A stretch of DNA of 64,000 nt from Somniosus microcephalus (lineage: Eukaryota), in contig CM126219.1 in the NCBI GenBank assembly GCA_052327205.1, positions 64,852,001-64,916,000 of the forward strand. The letters are read 5' to 3'. This document shows, piece after piece, positions 24,911 through 38,299 of the stretch (position 1 is the stretch's first letter; every line of letters begins with the position of its first letter). Under the pieces are notes generated by a model. The model was not told where the DNA came from. It saw only the letters and a program-made list of their open reading frames with translations, and ran no database searches. The translations under genes were made by a program, and so were the position numbers.

Positions 24911-27530
24911 TCCGGGAAACAGAACCGACAGAGTGGGTCAACGCGTTAGTAGTGGTTGAGAAACCACGTACAGGCAAGCTCAGAGTCTGTCTCGACCCCA
25001 GAGATTTGAACAAGGCTATCAAACGCCCTCACTACCCTCTACCAACGCTAGATGACATCACACCCAAGCTAGTAGGAGCACGTTACTTCAGTGTAATGGA
25101 CGCACGATCAGGATACTGGAATATCAAGCTCACAGAAGAGTCATCTAAGCTAACAACGTTCAACACACCATTTGGACGCTACCGATTTCTGCGTTTGCCA
25201 TTTGGTCTTATCTCAGCTCAGGATGAATTCTAGCGGAAGATCGACGAAACCTATGAAAGCCTTGACGGAGTAGTCGCAATCGTAGAGACGACATCCTCAT
25301 CTATGGCAAGAATAGAGAGGAACATGACAGGAACCTCCGTGCGATGCTACAAAGATCACGGGAGAAAGGTATCCGGCTCAACCCCGAGAAAAGCATAATC
25401 GGATCCACCAAGATCAGTTATTTCGGGCATCGCCTCTCAACTGATGGCATTAAGCCGGATCCAGAGAAAATCTCCACCATCAAGAAGATGGAGCCGCCGA
25501 AGAACCGCGCAGAGCTAGAGACAGTACTGCAGCAGGCGGTTAAGAAGGCAAACGGTATGTTGGCCTTTGTAACGAGAGGGTTTGAGTACAGGAACAAGGA
25601 TGTCTTGCTGCAGTTGTACAGGGCCTTGGTGAGACCGCACCTTGAGTATTGTGTGCAGTTTTGGTCGCCTTATCTGAGGAAGGATGTTCTTGCCATGGAA
25701 GGAGTGCAGTGAAGATTCACCAGGCTGATACCTGGGATGGCAGGAATGATGTACGAGGAGAGATTGGGTCGATTGGGCTTGTACTCGCTGGAGTTTAGAA
25801 GAATGAGAGGGGATCTCATCAAAACTTATAAAATTCTAACAGGACTAGACAGACTAGATGCTGGAAGGATGTTCCCGATGGTCGGGGAGTCCAGAACCAG
25901 GGGTCACAGTCTAAGGATAAGGGGTAAGCCATTTAGACAGAGATGAGGAGGAATTTCTTCACCCAGAGAGCGGTGACCTGTGGAATTCTCTACCAAAGAA
26001 GGCAGTAGAGGCCAATTCATTAAATATATTCAAGAAGGAATTGGATATATTTCTTAAGGCTAAGGGGATCAAGGGATATGGGGAGAAAGCAGGGACCGGG
26101 TACTGAATTTGGACGATCAGCCATGATCTCATTGAATGGCGGAGCAGGCTCGAGGGGCCGAATGGCCTACTCCTGCTACTATCTTCTATGTTTCTATGTT
26201 TCTATTAGGCATGGTTAACTATTTAGCCAAGTTTGCCCCGAGCCTCTCCGAAATCAACGCACCCATGCGTCAGTTGCTCAAACAATCCAATGAGTTCCTG
26301 TGGGACAAACAACATGACAGCATTTCAGAAAATGAAAGACCTAATCACCAGAGAACCAGGACCGGTTCTTGCCTACTTCGACCCCAACAAAGAGCTCAGA
26401 CTACAAGTGGACGCATCAAAGTACAGACTAGGTGCAGTATTACTGCAAGAAGGAAAGCCCATCGGCTACGCTTCCAGATCTCTCACAGACAGTGAAATCA
26501 ACTATGCTCAAATCGAGTAAGAGCTATATGCAATTCTGTTTGGATGTATGCGTTTCCACCAGTACGTCTATGGCCGACAGGTCATTGTGGAATTCGACCA
26601 CAAGCCCCTCGAGTCAATCATGAGGAAACCACTAGCCGCAGCCCCACCAAGGCTACAGAGAATGATCCTTCAGCTACAGAAGTACGACTTCACAATCATT
26701 CACCGTCCAGGCAAAGACATTCCTGTCGCAGACACGCTCTCCAGAAAGTCTCTTAGCTACCAGGACAGCAGCCTCAGTGAAGGCATGGATGTGCAGGTGC
26801 ACATGGTGTACAACAGCTTACCTGTGAGTGACTCAAAACTGAAGGAGATCCGAGCAGAAACAGAGAAAGATGCACAACTCAAACTGCTGAGCAAAGTCAT
26901 ACATGAAGGATGGCCTGAGGAAAGGAGGAAATGCCCACAGAGCATATCTGAATTCTGGAACCACAGAGACAAACTGTCACAAATCAACGGAATTGTCTTC
27001 AAAGGGGAGAAAATCATCATTCCTACCAGTCTCAGAGAAGAGATGTTGACAAAAATTCATGTTGGACATATGGGCATGGAAAAATGCAAACAAAGAGCAC
27101 GTGACATTATGTTTTGGCCCGGAATGTGCAAACACATTGAGGACATTGTCGGAAAATGTTCCATTTGTCTAGAACGCCGCCCATCAAATGTCAAAGAGCC
27201 CATGATACCTCACCGTATCCCAAACAGGCCCTGGCAGGTCGTGGCAACGGATCTGTTCACATGGAACAACGTCAGCTGCAAGCAAGTGCATGCAAAACGT
27301 GTACAGAGACAGCAACACCAAAAGAGATACTATGACAGGTCAGCTAGACTACTGCCACCGCTGCACAATGGAGAATCCGTCAGAATCCAGGAGCATGACT
27401 ACTGGAAGCCAGCAGTCGTCATCCAGCCAGCTGACACTGAGCGATCGTATCACGTCCGCACCCCAGAAGGACAGGTGTACCGCCGCAATCGCAGGCACCT
27501 CCTGAACACCAAGGAACAACACCGTCATTC
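24911..27530 (+). pseudogene. Gypsy pol remnants (RT, RNase H, integrase zinc finger and C-terminus), disrupted
   Basis: LRVCLDPRDLN, DARSGYW, RLPFG, DASK..LGAVL, YAQIE, DHKPL, and H..H..C..C motifs, with stops, frameshifts and a CR1 insertion. Confidence 0.9.
25528..26205 (+). mobile_element. 5'-truncated CR1 LINE nested in the Gypsy RT/RNase H junction
   Basis: LYRALVRPHLEYCVQFWSP..YEERL..LGLYSLE.. plus a TTCTATGT tail. Interrupts the Gypsy ETVL|GMVNYL reading. Confidence 0.95.
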
Positions 27531-30050
27531 CGACGAGAGGTCAAGCCTAGAGTTGTCCTTGACTTGTGAACTGTCAAAGGGTGTAGGCGGATCGCTGCCC
27601 TAAAAAAAACTGTACATCGTTATTGAAACGTTGAGATGTTTTCAGTGCTAGTTAAACGTTGAGTTTACTTATATGTTGATGCTACTGAGAACATTATGTA
27701 GAAGAAAGGTTCAAAAGTAATGCATAACATTTTTCTTTTAAAAGGGGATGTAACATTTGCATGTTGAATTGTCATTGGCCCGCAGGCATCTGTAAGGAAT
27801 ACCTATTATATTCACGTGATCACATGCTGAGTTGTCATTGGCCTGCAGGCATCTGTAAGGACTGCTATTGTTTAGAAGACCCAGGGTCCTGACTCCATCT
27901 TGTCTACACGGTGCTGTACTGCTGAGAGTCAGATCAGACCTGATGCTTCATTAAAAGAGTTTAAAGTATAATACTCTGTTGTCCTGCAATTTATTTGTTT
28001 TGTACAAAGTGTGCAAAACAAGACAAGTACCAGTGTGATACTTTCTGTTTCCCAATCCAACCACCCTAATGGCTTCTCTAAACAAGATTGCTTCTTTAGG
28101 GTCAATTCCACGCTCTTCAATAAGGCTAACTTTAGCAGCAAGTGAAAAGCAATTCATAGGACTTGCTACAAGGTTCTGTATTAAAAGGGAAAATCAGTAA
28201 CAATGGCATTATTGTAATTGGTAATTTTGAAGGTTGGGGCATATGATGTCTGTCCTCTATTAGAACCAGAGCTTTAAGTGTTGTGTTACATTCGTACTCT
28301 AGTGAGAGGTAATGGTTTTATCAGATCAATTTAAAGGAACAAAGTACTGCTTTAAGCAGAAAATGCAAACTCTAGATTTGGATTTTAATAAATTGAAACA
28401 TGAAGGCCTCTCTCTTTGACTGATTATCAACTAACCTGCCCCAGCTGGGGAGGAATTCTTATAACTCAAAGCAACCTCAAAGGTAATTAATTATCACTAA
28501 TGACTAACTAGAATCTCCGCAGGGAGGCAGTGGATTAGAAGGAAATGTATACATTAAAGGCAGTTGTGGAATCAATTCTCTTTAATTCTACTTGCACAAG
28601 TGTAAAGGAACTGGTGACTGTGGCTCTCCACAGCCAGGGAAAAGGTACTCGCAACTGAAGATCAATACAATTAGGTGATTGCCAGCTGGGATCATTCAAT
28701 CACCATGTGGATGTTAAGAGGGTGGGATTGTTGGAGGGAAGATCTGAATTGAAAAGTAACACACAATGGCAGAATATATGGCTTCACTGAAACAGAGGGT
28801 AAGTGAACTATTTTAGTCTTTTCCATTTAAAAAGTTGTTCTAATTGATGAAAAAGTCCTTTTGAAGATAATCCTCTTAACAAAATCTTTACATTCCTATA
28901 TAAAGTATTACAGGAGCCTGTAGGATCCAAATTGTAAAGTAGCCTGTTGTCCATGACCCACAAATCTGAAGTGATACTCTGGCTTTATACCTCCTAATAA
29001 TATATTTAAATTCCTTTAACAGTCTGCTTGCACTTCCCTAATTCTCCACTGTCTGTCCCAGCAATATTCTCTCTACTGAAAAAAGAGACACTTTCTGGGA
29101 AGCAAGTTCTCATTAGATAATCTAATAATCTTTCTGGTTTTAAATGATTCCAGGAATTTTGCCTGCACTCTGAAGTCCATAAATTGTACTGATTAACCTC
29201 TGGGTAAAAGAACTTCCTCAATTGTCTTTTGCTACCTTGAACCTGTGTCCTTTTGTACTCCTGCCACGGTTTAAAGTAACGTATTCTGCCTTTACCTTTT
29301 CTACACCCAATTAATGTCATTTCTCATTGCCACCTCCTCCCCAAATACCAAGTGATGTATCCTCGGAAATTGGCTAAAGATCCTCCATTACTGCCACCAA
29401 GTGGAGATTCTATTACAGACCATTCGCCACTAGCCCTACTGGACATGGAGTTTTTACTGCCCCGGCATTGATTTGGTTTGAGACCAATGCTCCTCCGTGA
29501 CTTTCACTTTTTTAAAGTTGGGGAAATAAAATTAAAAATGGAACAGTCCTTCTACTGACAAACATAGCATAAAGTAAACAGACAAGGCCATAAGAATTAC
29601 CTCTTCCAGCCCAGGTTAGATTTAAAGCTATTCTTGAACATGCTAACTGCTCATAAGCAACTTAAGCCAAATGGAGGACATTGTCTTTTTCAATCCTATT
29701 AGGGATTGTTCGTATGGAACTTTTGAGTTTTGCATCCAATCTTAAATAAATTGGACTATTTGGCTCTGGACCAATCTGGTCGTCATTTGCAACTATGAAG
29801 TGGTCAGTCCAATTAGACTATAATGAAGCACTGGGAGCAGCTACAAGTCTAGACTTTGAGTCAAGTAGCTGATGACTTGAGTCTAGATAAAAGCCCATTA
29901 AATGGGAGTACATTTGAGGAAGTAACTCTCTAGGCTGGAGTTTGGAGCCAGATAAACTGGTCAGTAAAAGTCTCCAACATACTTTGCAAATGGCTTGGTC
30001 TTAGAAGCAGTCTTAGAAACACCCTGGGCAGGAGAGGTTTAAAAAAATAT

Positions 30051-30066
30051 CATGCACAAACATGCA
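30051..30066 (-). promoter_or_regulatory. Two UGCAUG RBFOX motifs about 40-50 nt downstream of the microexon
   Basis: The plus strand reads catgca at 30051 and 30061, which is TGCATG twice on the transcribed strand. Confidence 0.65.
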
Positions 30067-30103
30067 CACACACATGAACAATATAATTCATTAAGATACT
30101 TAC

Positions 30104-30115
30104 CACATTCATTGC
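30104..30115 (-). CDS. TEAD3: TEAD 12-nt microexon AMNV
   Basis: gtgcttttcttgaatccAG|GCAATGAATGTG|GTAAGT, phase 0-0. Position and sequence match the 4-aa insert of TEAD paralogues (AMNL in TEAD3, VTSM in TEAD1). Confidence 0.88.
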
Positions 30116-32569
30116 CTGGATTCAAGAAAAGCACATCATTAATGGGATTGAACACAGTTTTCATTCAGTTAATCACAACAGTCAAACCTGCCCAGGTCAC
30201 CTTGGGGAGTTGGTCAAATGAGCTCAAGCGGTTGCTTTGCACTGTACTCAAAGTGGGCCTGTACCATAATCGAGCAGCCACCTACTAACCTAGCACTAGC
30301 CCTGGTCTTAATGACTGGTTTAAGAGTAAATGATGCTTGTATCCAGATTAAACTGAAGCTCTGATTTGTTTTTATGCTTGGTTTAGGGTAGCAATTCATA
30401 CTTATTTGGATCCAATAGATATTTACCTGAAAAAAGAATGATGCCTCATTTAGTGAAGACTTTGTCTTTTACATCAGTCAATGACTGACTGCTCCCGCCC
30501 CTGCTAATCCTTAGTCCCGAGTATTCCCATATTTAGACAATGGCTTGCCAAAAATCTTGAACTCCTGGGTAATAAGTAACGTCCTGCCCCAAAAGGACAA
30601 GGTACCACAGGATGTTGGGCCTCAGTAAGAAGGAATAATCCAATAATATTTTATTGCTTTTTAAAAGATTCAATGACTGATAAACAAAATCTCAATGTTC
30701 TGAACTATATGCTGGGGCAGTGATTCCTCCCCAAACGCGTGAGTACAGAAGGGGTACTCGCGCGTCTGGCCGGAGGAAATGCCGGTTTTCAGCATGCACA
30801 GCGCATGCGCTGAAAACCGGCATTTCCTCTCCTCTCACCCAAGAGTTGAAGAGGCTAGCGCGTGTGCTGTAGGGGGCAGCGCGTGCATCTTGGATTTCCT
30901 CTGTTTTGGGGAATTTGCGCATGTCTAAAGGCCTCCGGTCTTTACGCTTGTAAAAAGCACACGTAAGTATTTATTTTTACAGGTAAGTGGTGTTTTAGTG
31001 CAATTTAGAATTTTTTTCCACAGGTTTATTATTTTAAAGAATCTACAATAAGGTAAGTTTAGTTTTAGACCCTTTTTATTAAAAATTTATTTTTTTCAAA
31101 AAAAAAATTGTTTAAATTATTTTTTTAAACTTATTTATACTTAATTTAATTGGGATGTTTTTTAAAATTTTATTTAAAGTTTAAGTAGTGTTTTGGGGTG
31201 CAGTATTTCTCATGAGTTTGACAGTTCTTACACTCAAACTTATGAATGAAGTTTCCCCTCCCCTGATTGGCTGAACAGTGCTCACCTGATCCCAGCCAGC
31301 ACATCGCACTAACTACGCCGCTGGGTCAGGTTAGCACAGCGCGCCGACATCAGAACCGGGCCACTGAAAGGAAATCCACTGCGGGCCAGGTTTCAGATGT
31401 CTGCGCGCCGGGTAAGTGCACATCGGGGGCTTGCACGCGTGGCAAGCCCCCGACACCAAGTTCTGGGCCGCTGTATTAAAAGGAGTCACTTTTTTAATCC
31501 TGTAGTGCATTTGTGGTAGAATGACTTTGCTATCGAGTCTTCTGCTGAATGTATAATTAACTACTTTACTTTTTATTAAAGTGATAGTGTGTGTAGTGTT
31601 TTTGCACGAGCTGTTCGTGACCTCCTTGTTGGTGTACTCTTTTGATTGGACCAAAAACAAATTATCTGTAAATTAAACAAACTTCAAATGGAACTTAAAC
31701 AAATCAAATTAAAATCGTGTTGTCCGAATTTATTATGCACTCCAGTTCCTTGTTGGTGTAAGGCCTGAAGAGAGGTGAAGTGACCCACTGATTCAAAAGG
31801 TCCACAGCACATCGTTCGGAGGACTGAGACCTCAACTAGTGATGTGACCTTTTTAAGGAATGGCTCCATGTTTAAAGGTGAACATTTCTAAGCAGGTTTC
31901 ACTGGACAGACAAAACAAAATGCAATCAATGGTGGTGAGAATTTTTGTTTTATACATGCATTTTATATATATCTTTGGGAATCCCATTAATTCTATTCAA
32001 ATGGTTTCTTTAAAAAAAAAACTAGACTAGGGTTGAGTGGAAAATTCAAAGCGGGGAGCTGGTCAGAGCAGGTAGTAACTGGTCTGAAGTGGGGATGGAC
32101 TTGCTCTTGGAAGTGTAGCCACGCCTACCTCGCCGTCGTTTCTTGCTGTTCCATTCTGAGCCCAAGGACCAACTGTGTGCCTAGTACAATACTTGGTGAA
32201 AAGCAGAGATGATCTCACTTGGCTCTTATGTTCCTGGTCTTGTGGACCCTTCTCTTCATTCTGAGCCTCTGTTTGGCATCAGAGTCCTACAGACCTGCGT
32301 TTTGATGCTTGCCAACAGGACACTGGCGTGCTGGCACTGCGCGTGCTACGCTAGAGATAACTCCTCATACTTGGGTTAAGCAGCCTCCTTAGTAATATGG
32401 AGGTAGCAGCTAGTTTGAAAGTGGAATGCTGTAAAGATACAAATTGCTCTTTTTATAACTGGAATTGGTTTCATTTCTGGTTAATGAAAATGTTAATTGG
32501 ACTAATTACAAAATCAATTGTAAAATGGTGCAAATTCCAGTGAGATTACTTGGTTTAATTAAAATGAGG

Positions 32570-32960
32570 GAACTTGCATTAATATAGCGCCTTTATCTCC
32601 AAGCATTGAGCAATTGCTTTTTAAGTACAGCCACTGTTGTGTAGGTGAGCATAGCAACTATTTTATACACCGCAACATCCCACAAACTGATGAATAATCG
32701 ACGTGTCTGATCAGGAAAGAACAGTTGATGACCAGGAGAACTCCCTGATCTTCAAATAATGTTACGTGGCGTCCACTTGAACCTCTCTAGCAGGGAAATG
32801 ATTGGCTTAGTTTAACATCGTCTCATCTGAAGGATGTTTCCCCCCAATGATGCAGAATCCCATCTGTAATGAACTGAAGGGTCAGTGTAGATTATGTGCT
32901 CCAGTCTCTGAGGCTTGAAACCACCACCTTCTGACTTGGTGGTAAGGCTGCTATCAAGCT
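32570..32960 (-). mobile_element. Degraded Deu-domain SINE
   Basis: Similar to the other SINE copies (cttgcattaatatagcgcc..., ccttctgact). Confidence 0.6.
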
Positions 32961-32997
32961 GTGAACACTGGGTACAGCTGCTGAGCAAGTAAAGGGA

Positions 32998-33593
32998 CCG
33001 TGGTCCCATCACATCGACGTTGTAACCAAGAAGGCATGCCAACGCCTGTTCTTCCTCAGGAGACTGAAGAAATTTGGAATGGCCCCCCAGATTCTCACCA
33101 ACTTCTACCGGTGCACCATCGAGAGTATCCTGTCCGGCTGCATCACTACCTGGTATGGCAACTGCACCGCCACAGACCGCAAGGCTCTACAGATGGTGGT
33201 GAAAGCTGCACAACATACTATAGGAATTAAACTACCTGCTGTCCAGAATATCTACCCCGAGAGGTGCCGGGGGAAGACCCTGAGAATCATTAAAGACGCG
33301 AGCCACCCCATCCACAACCTCTTCGCCCTGCTCCCGTCCGGTAAGAGATATCGAAGCATACGGTCTCGTACCAGCAGGTTTCGAAACAGCTTCTACCCCC
33401 AGGCCATAAGACTCATGAACAAATAATTTATTATTATTTATTACTGTTTTATTTATTAATACTGTATTTCTATTAGTATTTTTATCATTGTTATGGTGTA
33501 TTTATTCCAATGTTGGGAGGACTCGTAAGAATCAACATTTCATAGTGCAGTGTACATGTCTGCTGCATATATGACAAATAAAATTGAATTGAT
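32998..33593 (+). mobile_element. Rex1/Babar-type LINE 3' fragment
   Basis: LFFLRRLKKFG..ILTNFYRCTIESILSGCITTWYGNC..HP.H.LF.LLPSGKRYRS..TSRFRNSFYPQAIRL, AT-rich 3' UTR and (TTGAA)n tail. Confidence 0.9.
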
Positions 33594-35470
33594 TCTGGGA
33601 GCTGATGACTTGCTTTCATACAGGTCTCACTGCATCCACAGTGGGGGAAATAAGGGAGTTGTTCAACTTTGTAGGGTATTCCAATCCTCTTCAATTCAAG
33701 GGGCTGTTAATGTTAATGGGTCGCTATAGGTAAGGGAGGACGGCAAATGTTTCCACCTAATGTACAGTAACTTGCTTTACTGCTCGTTCCAGCCTAGAAT
33801 ACTTCCAGCATCTCCTTCCCACCCTGCCGAGGATGAATCATCTGAACTAATGGAAGCAGTAGTTTTGGAGCCTGCACAAAACTCTCCTGGGCCTCCTGGG
33901 CCACCCGTGACCAATCTTTGGCTGCATCACTGGCTTTTACACTGCTCGAGTTATGAGGGGTGGGAGTTGCCCACAAGGGATGTAAGCTAATGTGGCTTTG
34001 GTTTGGTTGCCCTGTCGCGCTCCGATGCTTCTCTAACCTGGGTTTCCGCCAGTGATGGTGCCAACATTCACCACTGGGCTGAAAAGACCAAGGCAAATAA
34101 AAGCAGGGGGAAATTAATTTGTGGTGAGCACTTAATTTTTTTTTGGACTGGGTCCTAATTCCGACACTCCAACGTCTTGAAGAGCAAGATGTAATTTTTT
34201 TTTCTCCTCATTAATATTCTCACGGGATGATGCTCGTCATCGATATTTTGAATATCACAATCAACCAGCTCCTGAGGTTGTGGCCACACGTCCTGACTGC
34301 ATTGCCCTGTGTAGTCATGCAACTCCGGACATTGGTGTGGGTGATCCGGCATTCTCTCGAGACTTGTGACATACGCTGGACCGGGGGTGTGCAGGCCTTT
34401 TGTCTTTGTGGGCCACGTAGGTTCATACCATGGAGCCATTAGGGCCATATATAAAATGTATATCCATTAAGATCAGCCATGATCTCATTGAATGGCGCAG
34501 CAGGCTCGAAGGGCCGAATGGCCTATTCCTGCTCCTATTTCTTATATATTCCCATTAATCTGCATATGTATATTTCAAGTTACTGTTAGACCGATCAGAT
34601 TTCAATTCAACAGAATACCCAGCCTCTGACCTGCTTATGTGGCTGGTCCATTTAAGTTTCTGATCGATGGGACCCCCAGGATGTTGATGGGTGGGGGTGG
34701 GGAGACTACAATGGTAGTGCCATTGAATGTCGGTGGAGAGGTGGCTAGGCTTTCTCTGTCTATGCGACTAACATAGATGCATTTAAGGGGAAGCTAGATA
34801 AGTATATGAGGGAGAAAGGAATAGAAGGATATACTGATAGGGTGAGATGAAGTAAGGTGAGAGTAGGCTCGTGTTGAGCATAAACCCCGGCACAGACCAG
34901 TTGGGCTGAACGGCCTGTTTCTGTGCTAGAATTATATAGAAATGCCATGTAATATTGGACTAGGGAAAGGCTAAGTTGCGCATTATAATGGGGCACTTGC
35001 ACAAACAGCCTGATTTGAAGCCTCTCGGTGGATGTGTGGCCAAGGAAGCCCAGCTGCTACTGTGCTGTTTTTGGAAGTTTCCCACCACTCCCGAAACACA
35101 GGCTGTCATGTCTTGTGCAGCTAATCTCCGAGCTGGTATCGGCCTGTCAAGGTAGTTCCTTGTAAGGCAAATATTGCCCATTCAACGTTGCAGTGTATTT
35201 ATTGAAACAAGTGCAGTTTTTTGTTTATATAAGATAAAATTACGGGCCAAATAAATCATGGGCAGCTGTGCCAAGGTTTGTAAAACGAACTCGGATTTAG
35301 CACTTTGAATTGGATGATGCTTTAACCCTTTGGGTGCCTTCGCTTTGAGTGATGGGAGTCTTGGTGCAGCAAGAATTTGTGGAGCCGGGTCTCTGTGATT
35401 CACTGCAGATCAGATGGCACCTGTTGTAGTATACTGCAAGCAGTTGCATTCTTATTTAAACAGTGATCTA

Positions 35471-35892
35471 ACGCGCTGTTTATAATGGGTATATGTTTAC
35501 GCGCTGTTTATAATGGGTATATGTTTACGCGCTGATTATAATGGGTATATGTTTACGCACTGTTTATAATGGGTATATGTTTACGCGCTGATTATAATGG
35601 GTATATGTTTACGCGCTGATTATAATGGGTATATGTTTACGCGCTGTTTATAATGGGTATATGTTTACGCGCTGATTATAATGGGTATATGTTTACGCGC
35701 TGTTTATAATGGATATATATTTACGCTCTGATTATAATGGGTATATGTTTACGCACTGTTTATAATGGGTATATGTTTACGCACTGTTTATAATGGGTAT
35801 ATGTTTACGCACTGTTTATAATGGGTATATGTTTACGCGCTGTTTATAATGGGTATATGTTTACGTGCTGATTATAATGGGTATATGTTTAC
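35471..35892. repeat. 28-bp tandem repeat, about 15 copies (ACGCGCTG(T/A)TTATAATGGGTATATGTTT)
   Basis: Near-identical units seen directly. Confidence 0.97.
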
Positions 35893-38299
35893 TCCTAGGA
35901 TAACCAGGACACCGCAGGGTCCGGGCGTCCAAACTGTAACCCACGGGTTATCTGCAGGCCCCGCGCCCTGGGAATCCAGTCCTATTTCAGCTTGCTTTTC
36001 TTCTTTGCCTTATTTAAATTGTGTGGGCTCGACGATTTGGAAAGCGAGACTTTGAGTTGCTGAATTGAAATCTGAACACACACGTCTGTTAGTATCAGTG
36101 ACTTGAAATATACACATATGCAGATTAATGGGAATATACAAGGGTGGTGAACAGAGCAGCAGGCTCGCACGACTGCCCCACTGGAGGCCCGGTGAGAGTT
36201 TAATTCCCAGGCTTCATTTCCATGTTGGATGTACAACTCCCACCCCAATCCGACAGGACTCTGCTTCCTGACCAGTGAGCGGGATTTCAGGCTGCTGCTG
36301 GGGACAGGAGGGAATGGTCCCCGGCGCTAAGGTAAGTGGTCCTTGGGGTGGGGAGGGGAGGGGGAGGAGAAAGAGGGCGGTCCAGAGGGAATGGTCCCCG
36401 GCACTAAGGTAAGTGGTCCAGGGGTGAGGTGGGGGAGGAGAAAGAGGGGGGGGGTGGGGTTCCAGAGGGAATGGCAGGATGGGGAAGGTAGCCTGGAGCA
36501 GGGAAGGCTCAAGGTGTCCTTGTGGGTCCCAGAGGATCTCCTAGCCCACAAGGAAACCATAAAAAATGAATTGTCTATTTTCCCGGGCCTCTTGTGGCTC
36601 TGCTCCTGCTCACTGCCAGGCTTTGCTGGTGGGTCCGGAGTTACTTGCAGAATCCATCAGGACTCTCAATTGCCTCATACGACTATTTGACCCAGCTTAC
36701 CTGTAGCAGGTGCCTGTCCCGGATCCAAAAACTGCGCTGTTAAAATGGCAGGAACAGAGCAAGAAGCCCACAGCCTTCATTTTAACCCATTGGGCGGGCA
36801 GGATTATAATCTGGTCTGAAAAGCCTGCACACCCCCCCCGCACACTGCCCCCCCTACACCCAATATGTTTCAAATCTCCCGAGACGATGCTGCATTGTCC
36901 CACACCAACTTCCAAGGGTGCAGGAAAGGCTCCTTGGTGGAGCTGGGATGGTGGAGCCGGGAGCTTTGGTTCCAATTTCAGGAGCTGGTGCAGGTGAACT
37001 GGGATCCTCCAGGGTAGACCAGTGACTTTTATGATCACCATGACACTTGTACGATATTTGAAAAGTAAAAATTGTGGATGGGATGATCTCTAAATTCTAA
37101 AAGGTTAAACCCACTGCCTACTCGTATCCATTTGCTTGATACCATCCTGCCTGACTTTCTTCTGGAAATGTCCAAATTTGAAAGGAATGCAAGTTTTGGG
37201 AGAGTGGGAAATGAATCAAAATGGCAGGGCCTCATTGCAGCTTAGTGTCCTGTTTTAAACCATTTTTAAAAAGTGAATAATAGACACATGCAGTTGATTA
37301 CATCCTGAATGTTGAGTGAAGCGTTGGAGATTTATTGCTCGTATGCACCTGGCGATGACCTTGCAGCCTTCGAGCCATTCCAGAAGTTTAAGTTATGCTG
37401 TGAAGTTGATGTGGGGTGGGGGGGGGTTTATTTCAAGCTACAGCCCCTTCATCATCTTGATGGCACCTCTCACTGTCTGCTCCGTGCATCTAAAGTCTTG
37501 GTGCAAGTTGCTGTCCACACAGGATCAATGACTCTGACCTAAGCCATGATGAGTATTTTAATGTTCAAAGTAGTATTAAAAGGGTGGGGTGCTAACTGTC
37601 TGTCCTTGTACCACCTCAGCTTTGATGGTGGGTGGGAAGTGTGAATGTAAATTTGTAATTACGTCGATCTGCTCAACTGTTGGTGTGTCTCACAGAATAG
37701 CTGGAGAACTAATTTTATAAATAAATCTAATTGAGTAAAAGTGAATTTGGGAGATTTAGTACAGCATTGTCAAACTCCACAAGGAATTCAACACCTTTTT
37801 ATAGCATTCTATTGGACAGCCATCTGTGTCTGCTTTTTGTGTGTGTTTATTACTGCGTCTATTTATTTACTTTATCTGCAGCAGTGATCTGTCGGCAGGG
37901 TAGTCTAGACAGAGACATTAAAGGATGCTAGAATAGGAGAGTCAGGGGGCATTAGAGGATGGGATTTCTCCTCCTCTACAAATAGAACAGATCCGATATA
38001 AATATTTTCCTTTGGGTAGATGAATAAACCTTGCCAGAATTTAGGGCAGAGGGTCCCTGAGGGAGTTGATATTTTCAGGAAATTCCTTTTTTCTTTTCAC
38101 CCCACACAGAAATGCTCGCAAGCTGCTAGTGGAACGCATTTAGAGGGCAACTGCCTGCAATTAGCAAAACGGTTCAGCAATGCAGACAGTCCAGGTATGC
38201 TGATGTGGGTGCGGGGAGAACTTATTTCCTCTTTCCACCACCACCCCCCCCCCCCCTCCTCAAATTTGAGACCAGCCTAGATTTGAGATAACATTGATT

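Larger units (their letters stand above)
24025..28025 (+). mobile_element. Ty3/Gypsy LTR retrotransposon, internally deleted
   Basis: LTRs at 24025-24303 and 27749-28025 (TG...CA), 5-bp TSD AGTAC, PBS TGGTGTCAGAAGTGGGAT (tRNA-Leu type) at 24304, PPT aaaagggga before the 3' LTR, and gag, RT, RNase H, integrase in Gypsy order. Confidence 0.97.

Noticed and set aside
28436-28444. 9-nt microexon-like ccccAG|CTGGGGCAG|GTTAGT on the minus strand
   Set aside because: The pyrimidine tract is short and there is no homology support. Expected by chance in a long intron.
35471-35892. TATAAT bacterial -10 boxes or iteron-like origin
   Set aside because: Eukaryotic intron context. The motif is simply part of the tandem unit.
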